NCBI GenBank assembly: GCA_012295275.1 | Contig: CM022666.1 | Location: 3,224,001 to 3,288,000 of the forward strand | Source of the DNA: Chrysomallon squamiferum | Lineage: Eukaryota; Animalia; Mollusca | Direction of reading: 5' to 3' | Length of the DNA: 64,000 bases | Part shown: positions 1-16,206 of the stretch, piece by piece | Numbering within the stretch: the stretch's first letter is position 1 | Layout of the letters: each line of letters begins with the position of its first letter | The notes under the pieces: model-generated | Database searches by the model: none | The model's input: only the letters and a program-made list of their open reading frames with translations | Told to the model about the DNA's origin: nothing | Position numbers and translations under genes: made by a program

Positions 1-110
1 TATTTAAAAATTTGTAATAAAATAATAAATAAATTTCAAAGTCTAATATAAAAAAGTTAATTCAAATAATCTATTTAATTTTTTATACTGTTACATTATA
101 TAGGTATTAA

Positions 111-192
111 ATTATATTATATTAAATTATATTATATTATATTATATTATATTATATTATATTATATTATATTATATTATATTATATTATAT
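111..192. repeat. (ATTAT)n pentanucleotide microsatellite
   Basis: Seen directly. Confidence 0.95.
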
Positions 193-261
193 TCGTTTGA
201 TTTAGACAAAATAAATAAATAAATAAATAATATTAAATAAAATTATGTAAAATATAAATAA

Positions 262-300
<39 letters not shown>

Positions 301-316
301 AACCACCAAAATCAAA

Positions 317-360
<44 letters not shown>

Positions 361-449
361 TAAATTATCAAATAGTACAAAACTCGAATAAAGTAAAGTA
401 ATACTAAAATATATAAAATAAAAAATGTCACATTAACTAGATTAAAATG

Positions 450-513
<64 letters not shown>

Positions 514-902
514 CAATAATCATAACAAACAAACAAACAAACAAAAAAGTCACGTACATTTAACAAAACATACATTATCCATTAAAAAAAATAATAAAAA
601 AAAAAAAAAAAAAAATAAAAAATAAAAATAATAATCATACTAATAACAAACAATCAAAACCAATTACATTAATAACAGTTATTCCCGTTTTACTGAGACG
701 CCCCACACCTAACAAACCATATTTTTCTTTCTACTCGAAAACCGAAACAAGATTAATGTTTATACGCTCAAGAACAACGATTCCCAATGTGCACGTTTAG
801 AAAAAACTCCAGTATCGCTGGCAACTATAATTATGTGTATTCTCAGAAAACAAAAGCTTCAGTGCCTACAAGCCCGTCAAATCGAAAGTTGAAAAGTTTC
901 CT

Positions 903-921
903 CGCGCGCGCGCGCGCGCGC
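903..921. repeat. (CG)9 alternating purine-pyrimidine tract
   Basis: cgcgcgcgcgcgcgcgcgc seen directly. Confidence 0.95.
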
Positions 922-1402
922 ACGTTCCCGCGATAGTTGGAAGTTGCAGTCTCGATTGCCCAAATTGAAATTGATTACCGCCGTTATCGTCCATGCCTAA
1001 TGAAATCAGCAACATTATATGAAATAAATTACATTAATAATTATTGACAGTGACACTGCTTCTGCTTCTGTTGAGCAAAGATAATAGTGTTAAATAATAA
1101 AATAAAATAAAAAAAAAGTTGTTTATAAAAAAAAAAAATAAAAAAATTAAAAGAAGAAGAAGAAGAAAGAAAGAATAAAAAAAAAAAAAGTATAATAATA
1201 ATGAAAAAAAAAGTAAAAAAGAAAATAAAAAGATAAAGAGAAAAAAAAAATAGAAATTAAAAAAAAAAAGTAAAATAAATAAATAACGGTACGGTTAATG
1301 ATGATTAAAAAAATTAAATTAAGGAAATTAATCGAGCATAATTTCAATTTTATTTTTTTTTCCCCTAATATTGCTGTGGTTTTTTTTTTTTTTTTTTATG
1401 AA

Positions 1403-1403
<1 letters not shown>

Positions 1404-1495
<92 letters not shown>

Positions 1496-1546
1496 TTATT
1501 ATTATTATTATAATTATTATTAATAATAATTTTCTAATTTATTAAT

Positions 1547-1589
<43 letters not shown>

Positions 1590-1721
1590 TTATTATTATT
1601 ATTATTAATTTATTTACTAATTTATTAATTAATTATTATTATTTATTTATTTATTTATTATTATTATTATTTTATTTATTTATTTATTAATTTATTATTT
1701 ATTTATTTATTTATTTATTTG

Positions 1722-1770
<49 letters not shown>

Positions 1771-1795
1771 GTTGTTGTTGTTGTTGTTGTTGTTA
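1404..1795. repeat. Compound (AAT)n/(ATT)n/(ATTT)n/(GTT)n microsatellite
   Basis: Seen directly. Confidence 0.95.
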
Positions 1796-1952
1796 CTACT
1801 TCTCACTATTTCTCCATCTCATTTTCACACATACACTCAAACACACACCTAGATACACAAACACTCATAAATAACAAAAATTTAAAAAAAATAAAACTCC
1901 CAACCTTTTCATTCTTTCTCGTGCTTATTTTAATTTCATTTTTATTTTATTT

Positions 1953-1993
<41 letters not shown>

Positions 1994-2960
1994 TTCTCAT
2001 CTCAGTATTGCAAGATACATCGGAAAACTTCACGGACCAGTGACTCGTACAAACACGAACAGTTTCGCTTTATTTGTTTCTGTTTGCGATTACACAGACA
2101 GACAGACACTCGGACGCCGGTAACACATTAGCGACAAAAAATAAACGACTTAACGATGAACGGGAAGAAAAGGACATTTTTGACTAAAACACTTTTCGTA
2201 AATCTTTCATTTTTATTGCGTTTTTTCCCCTTTTGGAAGAGGAATAAAATTAAACAAAAATATTATTATTATTTTTTTTTTTTTTGTTAATAAAGAGAGA
2301 AATAAAATTAATTATAAAACGTATTTAATATAGTGGCTTCATTGTACTTTTGTGTTTTTATGTTGGAATGATATATATTAATGTTAAAATATGAATTTTA
2401 AACTTTGATGGTATAGAAAAAAAAATGAGTGAACATAAATAAAGATAAAATGTAATAAATAATAAAGTTGAAATGAATGAAATATAATGAAATAGGACAC
2501 CCTGACAGAAACACACACAGACAATACATGCATATATACATACATACACACATACATACATACATGCATACATACATACATATACACACACACACAAATA
2601 TTTATATATATATACACACACGCATACATACATACATACATATATATATATCAAAATATACATATATATACACACACACACAAATATTTATATATATACA
2701 CACACACACACATAACACACACATACTCACGCACATACAGATTAAAAGAGAGAGAGAAATTGTTAAAGAGAAATAAAATTAAATTAAATTTAATAAAAAA
2801 TCGAAAAAGTGATAGAAATATGTAGACTGAAAACTAGAACAAAATTTGCTGAAAATATGACCGAAAAAGTTATCACTAAAATGAACTACGAAATTTTCAT
2901 TAATTATTTTTCGATATTTATATAACATTATTTAGTTAATACTATTATTATAATTATTAA

Positions 2961-3002
<42 letters not shown>

Positions 3003-3905
3003 AATTACTATTACTATTTTTATTATTATTATTATTAAATTATTATTATTATTAGAGTTGTTATTATTTTCATTAATGTAATAATTGTTTTTATTATTAC
3101 TGTTATTATTATTATCATTATAATTGTTTTATTATCATATCATCATCATTATCATCATTATTATTATTATCATTATAATTGTTTTATTATCATATTATCA
3201 TCATCATCATCATCATCATCATTTTTTTATAAAATATTACAGTAATTTCTACTTTGGTAAAATAAATTTCCAAGAAATCGAAAAAAAAATTACGTTATTC
3301 TTCTTATTGTTATTATTATTAATTTTTGTTCCCTATAAACAGCATAGGGCAGAAGATGCAAGTAAAACTGAAAGGAATTTTTGTTGCTGAATGTAAATTA
3401 TTTATCGCAAAATATAATGACATAAAAGGACAGGAAGGAATTCAGTTCAAGAATTTATTTATTTATTTAAATATATTTACAGTAACTGATGCAAACGTAA
3501 TTTGCTTCAGTATTCATGTTTAGTGTATTTACAATAAACAGCAAAAACAGCAAAATTGAAAATAAATATTTTTCAATTCTGAGTCAGTTCTTTTAATATT
3601 TATATTTAATACAACGACTTTTGTTGGAGAATATTCTGTGTCTTATTTAAAGCTTAAAATATTGAATGACTGAATGAATAAAATTATGTGGGGAAATTAA
3701 CATTGAAAATATAAGATAAAAATGAAATAAAATATTTTTAAAAAATCAAACAAACGCTTTTTCGTAAAGAATTAAGTAAAATAGTGGATAAAATAAAATA
3801 TAATAAAATATATAATACTAATAAAATTATTTAAATAAATATTAACACAAAATAACACACACACAAATATATATATAGATATATATATGTGTGTATATGT
3901 GTGTA

Positions 3906-3951
<46 letters not shown>

Positions 3952-4021
3952 GTATGTGTGTGTATATATATGTATGTATGTATGTGTATATATATATGTA
4001 TGTAGTGTATATATATATATA

Positions 4022-4055
<34 letters not shown>

Positions 4056-4805
4056 TTTTAAATTATTTTGCAAGTAGTACTTAAGATGACTGTTTTAATG
4101 CAATCGATATCAACCCCATTTACTGGTGCAATGCGATAAAATGTGTTTACACATACACAGGTATACCATATTAGTTATCTGATTCATAATTAACATGGAT
4201 TTATGAGAATTCAATAGACACAAACAAAACAAATATCATTAACTTGCAGGTTTTTTTATTTATTATAGAGTAAACAATGTACTCTCCCTCGATCTAATCT
4301 TTATTATTATTACTATTACTATTAATTATCTTTTATCTTTTTTATTATTATTATTATTATTATTAATTATCTATTATTGTTATTATTATTATTATTACTA
4401 TTGTTGTTGTTGTTATTTTATTAATCCTATTTTAAATTAGTATTATTATGACTGTTGTTATTAACACTGCTATAAATTCTTATTAGTATTATTATTATTA
4501 TTATTATTATAATTTGAATTGTCTGTTTTAAACATTGCTTTATATATCTCATTTTACGTTTATCCAGTTTGATGTTAACATATTCAAAAAAAAAAAAATT
4601 TATATCTAAAACTCATAAAGGCATTAATATCAATAAAATAATAAACTGTGTATATTTCATTGCGTAAATGTAAAAATGATATCTTTGTGAATATGATTTG
4701 AAAAGGGTAAATATTTACGTTTTTAAAATTATTCATAAAAACTAAACTAAAATTTATCATCTCTGTTTGTCTATCATTTTCATTTTTTAAATCTGACATT
4801 CGTTC

Positions 4806-4806
<1 letters not shown>

Positions 4807-4898
<92 letters not shown>

Positions 4899-4916
4899 TC
4901 TCTCTCTCTCTCTCTC
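4807..4916. repeat. (TC)n microsatellite
   Basis: Seen directly. Confidence 0.97.
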
Positions 4917-7900
4917 AATACGTCTTCCTAACGTGCCTTTCCAATTTATCATGCATTTTTCGACTGATGAGCAAACATATCATTATTACAAAACCTAAGT
5001 ATTTTCATATTTTCTCAGCGTATTTCTACTACATTAACCACTTTCAACGTATTAAAAGACTAGTGACAACCTTATAAATATCCCAGACATATATATATAT
5101 ATATATATATATACACTTAATATTACATTTACTTAATATTAATAAGAAGAAAAGAAACGAAGAAAAAAAAAAAAAAAAAAAAAATCAAGTTATTACAAAG
5201 ATGTTACGCCATTCATTTATTTCCCTGCTACGAATATACTTGATTAATTTTTATTTACGTGTGATATCTCTGCGTGAACAGCCCGTTAAAAATTAACACT
5301 CTGTGTTCGTTCTCTCTCGCAATTGTTGCACAAACTGCTAAATATAGTTCCAGTCTATTAAATCATAGACCAAACACTCGAACGAGTTTGCGCCTCTCTG
5401 TACTTACGTGGATGCATTCAGCGTAGCAGTCGTCCTTGAAACAATCCTCCCAAAAACTTGCATGAATGTCAAACGTGAATAGTCCGAAAGTAATAACATG
5501 CGAATTCGTGACCAAGGTAACGTTTCAGTTCAAAAGCCACACACACGCGCGCGCGCGCTCATTTCAAGCCTCCGTTTCGATTCTCAAGATATATCTTCTG
5601 GACAGATGAAACTGCAGACTTTAATAGCTAATAAAAAAATAAAAAAAAATATAAAAAAAAGGTTAAAATAATAAAAGAAAAATTAATAACATTAAAAGCG
5701 TGCATATTTTAAAAATATCTTCAATGAAAAAACAAACAACGGAAAAGTGAAGCGAGTGATTTCTAACAATTTATTATTTTTTCTCATTAGTATCCATGAC
5801 AACGTTGTTTTTTTTTTTTTTTTTTTTTTTTTTTTCTCTCTCTCTCTTCTTTTTCTAGCAAACCACGGTTGGCTGTTGAAGTTTTCAATGGCTTTCTGCT
5901 CTGCGGGTGCAACTGAAGATTAACTTTTTCCTTTTATTTGGAAGTTTACTTGCGTCGAAAAGGAAAAAAAAAAAAGAGGGGATAACCGCAGAGACAAAGA
6001 TTCAACAACGGTGTTGAATGGCAGAGAAAGAGTGAATCCCATGCAGTGTTATCGTATGATTATGATAATGAGGTCCAAACGTCATGTGACCCTATGGTAT
6101 CCGCCCATTTCCTGAAGTGATTGGCATTCAGATGTAACCAAGTACTGTGAATAATAAAAACAGTTTAAGTGGTGCGGGCTATTACTTTGTAATTAAAACG
6201 TAAACGAACGATGAAATTTTTATATGTTTCTAAACTGTCTCTCTCTCTCTGTGTGTGTGTGTGTATAAGTGTGTATTAATAAAATTTATATACTGTTGTT
6301 ATATTACAGAACAACAACGACAACTACTACTATTAATAATAATTACTACAGTTGCTGATACTACTACTACAATTTCTAGTACTAGTACTACTGCTATTGT
6401 TGCTAGTTCTACTACTATAATACTACTATAATTATTACTACTATGCTACTATTACTACTATCACCACTATTAATTATACTATAGCTACTGTTAAAAAGCT
6501 ACTATTATTATCACTCCAAAATTTCTACTGTTATTTAAATTTCTACTATTATCGCTAAATCTCTACTACTTATTCTATTATTATTATAATTATTTATTTC
6601 ACTATTATCGCTACAACGGTAATATACTACTTATTCTATTATTATTATTATTATTTATTGCAGTACCATAACAATTATTAAACTAATAATTACAGTAAAT
6701 ATAAACGTTACAATCACGGAATATTTTGTTATTGGTTGCTGTTGTTTGATTCTATCAACTACTTTACGTTATCTAAGACAGGTGAGATGCTGTTGTTGAC
6801 ACCGTCTACTTAAAGTGAACACCACGTCGTGGTGGTTGTTGTGATATCTTAACGGTAGGCGGTGGTAAACTGGAAAGTGGTGAAAGGAAAGAGAATAATT
6901 GCTAAAATATTCAAATAAAACACAGCTGTTTTAATAAGCGTCTGTTATATGTTACTGATATTGTGTTTATGTTTGTGTGTGGGTGTGTATTTATCTATAT
7001 ATGTATGTATGTATGTATATATAAATGTATATATGAATATATGAATGTATGTATGTATATATGTATGTATGTATGTATGTGTGTATGTATGTACGCATTC
7101 ATGCTTTCAGATCCACGTTATAACTATATCTGAATATTTATATTTGCATATTTGTCCGAGGCAAATATGAATGTATGCGTGTGTATGTACATATTATATA
7201 TGTGTGTATGTGTGTGTGTGTATGTATGTATGTATGTATTCATATTCAGTGGTTCGAGTTTCACAATGTCTGCAAATTTATGTTTGTCTCTACACCGAAC
7301 GACTCGTTTTCATAATGCAAACAGTTCAATGACCCATACAGAGCAAAAGGTCAAAAATAAAATATGCACGTTCATTTCATCACCTAATTTGTCACCTTCT
7401 CCAGCATTTTGAGAGATCACTTTGTACCAAGATAACCAATGAATCTTTTTTTTCTTCTTTTATTTTTTTTTAAATAAAAATAAAAATAAAAATAATTTAT
7501 GTTAATTTATTGAATTTTTTTTTTTTTTTTCAAAATTTCAATCGCTCAAGATAATGATCACCGTCGCTTTCTGATAGAAAGACTTTGAAAAATTGGCTGC
7601 CTTTTCACTACACCGATTCTTCATATCTTGTAGCGCCTGTCAATCAACGTGATTGGCCGCAAAAAGGACTTGTACCCAGTCACTGCGATGTGACACGCAA
7701 CCCAGAATTCATTTTTGCACCCCATCTCCGCAAATATCAAATCATTTAAAAAAAAAAAAAAAAAAATTTCATTCAACAACGAGATGATGGGCCTCCGATT
7801 CTTGCCCGAAGCTTCTTATTCCGGGTAGAATGAAGCCGGAACGATCGGGGTGTCGGGTGTCAAATTATAACTGAGAGGCGAAACCGGAGCCGTCGGCAAA

Positions 7901-8714
7901 GCAGCGGGTCGTGAAACCGGTGTAATGGTCACACGCGAGTGAACGCGGACCACTCAACACGGGCGTTTTTTTTTTAAAACCCGGACTATTTATCACGGGG
8001 AACAAATCGCTGTTGGACTTCGATTGTTCGAGTATCTGCCTCGCTCAGGGAATTTTTTTTTTTTTTTTTTTTGTTGTTGTTTGATAATGAGGATGAATTA
8101 TTTTTTTCTTCTTCTTCTTCTTCTTTTTTTTTTAATCTCTTCTTTTCTTTTCTTTTATTGTATATACATAAAAAAAAAAAATAACCTCTATGAGCTCTTT
8201 TAATGGTTTATTGTTTTTTTCTTTTCTTTTCTTTCTTTATTTTTATTATTATTATTATTAATTTTTTTTCTTCTTCTGCGAAGTTCAATAAAATGAATAG
8301 AAACGTCGTTGTAGTTGAGATTATCACTGGCAACGCTCCGCCCGAAAGCGAGTATGTCACAAATGATTAGAGGAGAAACTGATGGGGGAAATCAACATCA
8401 AAGAGGGAAATAGATGTAATGACACGCTTCCGACAGATTGCCACGCCCACTTGAGGGTTGCCCGGTACTGCACATTTTGTTTAAGAAAAGAATTAAAAAA
8501 AAAAAAAAAAAAAAACTAAATAATTATAATGATAAAAGAAATAATAGTGGTATATTTATATTTAATAATAATATCAGGAGAATAATGATGATAATGATGA
8601 CGTTGATGATGATGATAATGATGATGATGGCGATGATAATATGAAGAGATACAACAGCAATAATATAACCGCAAAAAACTACCTAACTAATTTACTAACT
8701 AACTAACTAAATAA

Positions 8715-8806
<92 letters not shown>

Positions 8807-9984
8807 TTAAGCCAATTTTCTTCATTTATTTACAAATAAGGATGTGATATTAATACTTACAACCAATATTCCTGTTTGTTTGCTTACTCATATCTCTGTC
8901 TGTCTGTCTGTCTTTCCGTTCATTCCTCTTTCCTTCCATTTTTCAGTGCTTCAGTACGTCTGTCTGTCTTAATATCTACACGTCTGTTTGTCTGATGTAA
9001 ATATATGTATTCTTTTCTTGAGTGATAACTGAAGTATCTGACTAAATAAATATCTAAACAGACTTCATTTACCTTGGTTTGAATCACGGATCTGTTGTTT
9101 TCGTGGTGAGTGTAACAGAAATTTAACAATCACCTCACACAAAAACAAAAAAAAACAACCCTTAGAATGATTGCCTCACATTAAATTCAAGATTTATGGC
9201 CATTATTTTTACGCTTTCGATCATTCGTTCAGTTCAAACAATGCTTTTTAAACCTTCGCCTTTTTTTTTTCCCCAGCCTGTTGCGAAAACACTGAACGAT
9301 CATCAATCGACGAATACCAGAAATACCCTAAACTTCACGGGTGGTGGTGGTGGTGGTGTGTGTGCTATAACGACCATAAGACGAGAATTTAAATCTTTTC
9401 AAGTACTTCTTCCTTTTTTTTTTTCAATTATCTATTTATTTAACTGCCATTAACCTTTTTCTTATGCCGTGCTGTATGCATTAAATTCCTCGGGTTTAAA
9501 AGCCGTTACGATTATAGACCAACAGAAACGTCAAAAAGCCAATGACTGCGGACTTAAATTTATGGGCATTACGTCACGGGTTTGTGCTGTTCACGCTGGA
9601 AGACACGACTGGTGGACAGTTAAAATGCTACGCTTGCGGCCGCACAGTTATGGCGGGTATTTTTCTCCCCGTTTTCGGAGATTCTGTTACGACGTTTAAT
9701 ACCGGTTAACAGTCAGAGTGTCATTATAATACGGTAGAAACAGCGACAGGGAAAGTGACATTCTCGTCATTTGGCCCCCATTGCTGTCACTCCGCGCGGA
9801 AATCTTAATTTACGTGTATTTGTAGCCAACCATTGAATACTTTTGTTCTTCGCTGTAATTGCAAATCGTGTGAAAAATCAGCTCGGTGATCATTTTGTTG
9901 ACGTGAATGTTTCTCAAAATTCAATAACGCCAATGTGAGATACTGACAAAGTGAAAATGGTCATGACAGTAGATTTAAAATGAA

Positions 9985-10270
9985 ATTATGTTATGTTGTA
10001 CTTATTATATTATATTATATTATATTATATTATATTATTAGGTTATATTATATTATATATTATATTAGGTTATATTATAATACAGTATATTATATTAAGT
10101 TATATTATATATTATATATTATATTATGTTATATATTTTATTATATCATATTATGTTAGGTTATGTTATATTATATCATATATTGTATTATATTATATTA
10201 TATTATATTACATTATATTATGTTATGTTATATTGTATTGTGTTGTGTTGTATCATATTGTATTTTATTA
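9985..10270. repeat. Degenerate (TATAT/TATGT)n pentanucleotide array
   Basis: 5-bp periodicity seen directly. Confidence 0.9.
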
Positions 10271-10404
10271 TGCTACATTAGAAAATTGTTCACTGACAAG
10301 AAAAAACCCAATAAAACTAGAGTAACGATGAATAGATATAAAACAACATTTTTTCAGAGAGACACCCAAAATAATAATAATAACTGAACAACAACAACAA
10401 TAAC

Positions 10405-10448
<44 letters not shown>

Positions 10449-12213
10449 CAACAACAACAACAAAAATAATAATAATAATAATTGAATAATAACAACAACA
10501 ACAACAATAATAATAATAGTAACAACAACAACAACGGCAACAATAATAATAACAATAACAATAACAATAACTTAAACAACAACACGATATGAAACATTAC
10601 ATAATTTTTTTTTTTTTAATTTTTATTAAAAGCCATCTTTTATTTTTTTTTCGTTTTGATTCTGAAAACCCCAACAGGAACAACAAAAAAAAAAAAAAAA
10701 CAACAACAACAAAACAACTCAACAAAGGGCTTATTTTTCTGTGTTATACTCGGCTATGGCTTTTATACAACGAAACCTAAATCCTGGCTTTATGAGAAGT
10801 AAAGTCAGTCAAAATTACGAAATATCTCGCCTTTGTTATACAACGATTTGAAATCATAGACCTCTAAATTGACTGGGGACCTCGGAATAACTGGCGGGCT
10901 CAAGACTAGGAATGCGTGAAATGGGTTTAGTGAATGGCATTCTGGTGTTAATGTGTTAAGTCAGAGATTTTTTTTTTCTGCCTCTGTGGAAAATTTCGCC
11001 GTCGTGTTTCGTGTGTCCCGAGCAATCGTTCCATTCTGTGTTCGGTTGTTAACAGTTTGTGCGTCTGCATGTGTATTGTGTATGGTGAAAAAAGGTATTA
11101 TGATAACAAATCAAAAAAAAAAAAGAAGAGAAGAGACATGTTTGTTGTTGTTGTTATTATTTTTTTTATTTAGGGGGTGGGTGGATAGGATAGATAGGGT
11201 AAAAGTAAGAAGTAAGAAATTTGAGAAGTAAGAAATTTGTTTTTGTGAACAGACGATTGAATTCTTAAACAATTACTGTTTCGTATATAACAGTAATGTA
11301 TTTATCTATTTATCTGTCTATATGTCTGTCTGTCTATCTATCAGTCTGTCTGTATGTCTGTCTGTCTGTCTGTCTGTCTGTCTTTCTGTATGTATATCTG
11401 TCTACCTATCTGTCAATATAATACGTATGTTCATATATATTATATTTATATTTATAAAAATGATCTACTTAGTTTCTTAATGGATGATGTTACCTTTACA
11501 GTGGGTCTCTCTTTCTGTCTGTCTGTCTGTCTGTTTGTCTGTTATACACAATACATTCATAGCGACACATATATTTACAAAATGAAAATACAGTGTATTG
11601 TATATTTTGCATTTTATTTATTCGCTTTTTTGTAAAAAAAAAAAAAAAAATATTTAATTTAATTATTCATTCATTAATTTCCATAACGATAAAACAAGAA
11701 TAAATAAATAAATAAATAAATAAATAAAAAAAGAATACTCCTAAAACGTCTATTTAGAAAGATAACGATAAAATTGAAATGTTTATAACGAAATAATATT
11801 TCAAAACAATTTAATTATAAAATAAATTAATTTAATTAATTAAAGTGTTTCATAAACAGAAAAAAAAATTTGTTTGTTCGACTTTAGTTTCGTTTTCAAA
11901 TTAATTAAAAGATAGACTGCAATCGTTCAGAAAATATTTCATACTCTTTCAAGTATGATTTATTCTAAAAGATCGTTTATTTTTTTTTTTTTTTTTTACA
12001 AAGCTTTGCAAAGCAGCCTTTTAAAAAAATATACATTCAATTTCACATACCTCCCAAATATCTTTTATCTTTTCTTTTTCTTTTTTTTTATCTTTTAATT
12101 CCAAGGGATTTAACATGTGTTTTAAACTATCCTGTTATTCTTTGTAGCTGTTTTCCCACTGAGAAAATATTGTTTTCGTGATAGAAAACTTCTTATGGCG
12201 AAGTCGAAAATTC

Positions 12214-12248
<35 letters not shown>

Positions 12249-12712
12249 CTTCTGAATGACGGAAAGAAAGGGTACATAACTCTGTCATTTTTCTACTCTT
12301 TTGCTTCAGGAAGGGAAAAAAAAAAAAAAAAAAATAATAATATTCTGCCATTGTTGGCTTGAAACTGGACCTGCAACCCCCCTTAGCGTCATATCTCGCT
12401 TTTGAACCCGGTTCCCGAGTGACTGAGATGAGTTTAGATGCTTTTCGATCGCCGATAATGTAAGCACGAAGCTAATATATTGCACACTTTTAATCCTTCG
12501 CCTGCGGAGATATGCGTATTTCATCTTCTGTGTGCAAGCGATGCCTGCCAAGATTGTACATTTCAGCGAGGATTTCGACCAATGGTGACGCGCCCCTGCC
12601 CCCCTCCCCCGCAGTGAAATGTACACGGATTGTAGGCAGTTTGCAGAAACTCTCTCGTCCGACTCTACGTGCGGTCTCTTGTGAAATTCGCCTGAACTTT
12701 GACCTTGCTGTC

Positions 12713-12751
<39 letters not shown>

Positions 12752-13179
12752 TTTTTTTTTTTTTTTTTTTTTTTTTAGCGTTATTATTATTTTGATATTG
12801 AAAAAAAAAACACAATGTGCATTTTCATCTGCAAATTGTTAATGCTAATATTAATATTAATATTCTTCTTCTTCATCTTCTTCTTCTTCTTCTTCTTCTT
12901 CTTCATTATTATTATTATTGTTATCAAGCATTTTGTGTTTCCTTTCAAATCCTCTGTATAGATATATGTTATATATTTATTGTGTAAAAAAAAGTAAAGA
13001 AAGAAAAAGAGCGCATGAGTACTCACGCACACGCACATGCACTCACACACACACACACTATTATCACGATAAGGCACTTAGCAATAAGGCACCGTTTATA
13101 TATACCTCCCATGAACAGAAAAGGAAAATATCACGGATGTTTCAGTCCATCTTTATCTTTTATATCTATCCATGTCTCT

Positions 13180-13190
13180 CATCTCTATCC

Positions 13191-13278
<88 letters not shown>

Positions 13279-13283
13279 GTCTG

Positions 13284-13336
<53 letters not shown>

Positions 13337-13472
13337 ATATCTATCTATCTAACTATATATCTGTCTGTCTGTCTATCTATCTATCTTTATCTATTTATCA
13401 ATTCTATTTATCCATCTCCCTCTATCTATCTATCTATCTATCTACCTATCTATCTATCTATCTATCTATCTA
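13180..13472. repeat. (TATC)n/(TGTC)n tetranucleotide microsatellite
   Basis: Seen directly. Confidence 0.95.
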
Positions 13473-14245
13473 TTGTGTATTTCTCTCTTTATGACTCTAT
13501 CTCTAACTATCTATGTCTTTATGTCTCTCACCCTCTCATTCTCTTTCTTTACACACACACACACACACCTATTCTCACATTCCAGACATTCTTAAAAAAA
13601 AAAAATCAACATGTGCGCGTACCGGATTACCATTCGAAATCATCATTATCATTACGATATCTACATTATTAATACCTGCGAGATGTTATCATCCATCGAA
13701 CAGGTTTAAAACAAACAGCGTGCGCTCCTCGACATTTAGTCTGTCAGTCATCGTAACCACGTGACCCCTCACAGGCTTCCGTTACCGTCGTTACGTCACG
13801 GCAACCCTTATCAACGGCTTAGGTGAAGCAGCAATTAATCTTTTTTGACTAGATACTTACTGTCAAGGGAATTAACTCTGCTGACGGATCGTATGACAAA
13901 AAGAAAACACAAAAGTGTTAAAAAAAATATGATACAATCAAGTGTAAGCGATAGACAGAGATTAAATATGAATTTAGACGTCAAATAACCGAAAATATGT
14001 TTCGTGTACTTTTTTTTTCTTCTTTTTTTTCGTAATTATTTATGCTTTTTCTTTTCATTTCTTCTTCTTTCTTCTTCTTCTTCTTCTTCTTCTTCTTCTT
14101 CTTCTTCTTCTTCTTCTTCATTTTAAACTTCTACTGTGTATGATTTGTTATTGAAATATAGAACGCTCTTTTAACTTATCTAACTGTCTGTATAATACTG
14201 TCTTGGTAAATTTTTGATGATTTTATTATTATTATTATTATTGTT

Positions 14246-14324
14246 ATCAGCGACTAATCTTTGCTAACAATAAAGGATGATAGCAAAGATTATCTGTTGT
14301 CGGCATCCACCTAATATCGGTTTA

Positions 14325-14370
<46 letters not shown>

Positions 14371-14459
14371 CAGCGACTAATCTTTGCTAACAATAAAGGA
14401 TGACTACATTAATTATCTGTTGTCGGCATCCACCTAATATCGGTTTATCACCATCATCA

Positions 14460-14520
<61 letters not shown>

Positions 14521-14700
14521 CAGCGACGAATCTTTGCTAACAATAAAGGATGACAACAAAAATTATCTGTTGTCGGCATCCACCTAATATCGGTTTATCA
14601 TCATCATCATTATTATTATCATCATCATCATTAATTCATCATCATCATCAGCGACTAATATTAAAGGATGACAACAAAAATCCACCTAATATCGGTTTAT
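14246..14700. repeat. Minisatellite with an 80-bp conserved core and variable (TTA/TCA)n spacer; 3 full copies plus 1 internally deleted copy
   Basis: Core ATCAGCGACTAATCTTTGCTAACAATAAAGGATGA...ATTATCTGTTGTCGGCATCCACCTAATATCGGTTTAT starts at 14246, 14369, 14519 and (deleted) about 14647. Confidence 0.93.
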
Positions 14701-15217
14701 TATTATTATTAATTTTTTATTATCATTTTTTTTTTAATTTAAATTTAAACAAAAATTTTTTTAAATTTAAATAAATAAAAAAAAAAAAAAATTAAAAATT
14801 TCGTTTCTCCCTACAGAACGTATCTCAAAGCACAAACACGTTGTGACATTATAGTCTGTTTATCTCGTGGTGCAGGTATTTACAGTAGCAAGCGGACCGT
14901 GCTTGGCATAATGCAGTTTGCTGGAAAACCGGCGTTCAGAGCCACACAAAAACAATATCCTCTCTCTTTGAAACTGCTGGATCATTAAATAGGGAAACTG
15001 CGCTCAACCGAGTGGTTACAGTGTAACGCTTAATTGATTGCCATTCGCTAAAAAGGAAAGAGAAACAATTAACGGTTGTTTGGAAATTGGCTAAAGCCTG
15101 ACGACTCTTTGGAAATGTTTAAAGAGACGCGAAGGCACAGTCTTGTTTAAAACACTGTCGTTAAAAATAATAAAAAAAAAAATAAAAAAAAAAAAAAAAA
15201 GCGACGTTCATGAAAAA

Positions 15218-16206
<989 letters not shown>

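Noticed and set aside
12590-12712. Zic-like binding words (CCCCGCAGTG, CCTTGCTGTC) suggesting autoregulation
   Set aside because: Partial matches only, too weak to claim without PWM statistics or conservation.
14193-14210. TAATACTGTCTTGGTAAA resembling mature miR-8/miR-429
   Set aside because: It differs from the mature sequence after nt 10-11, and there is no complementary 5' arm (CATCTTACC-like) upstream to form a precursor hairpin.
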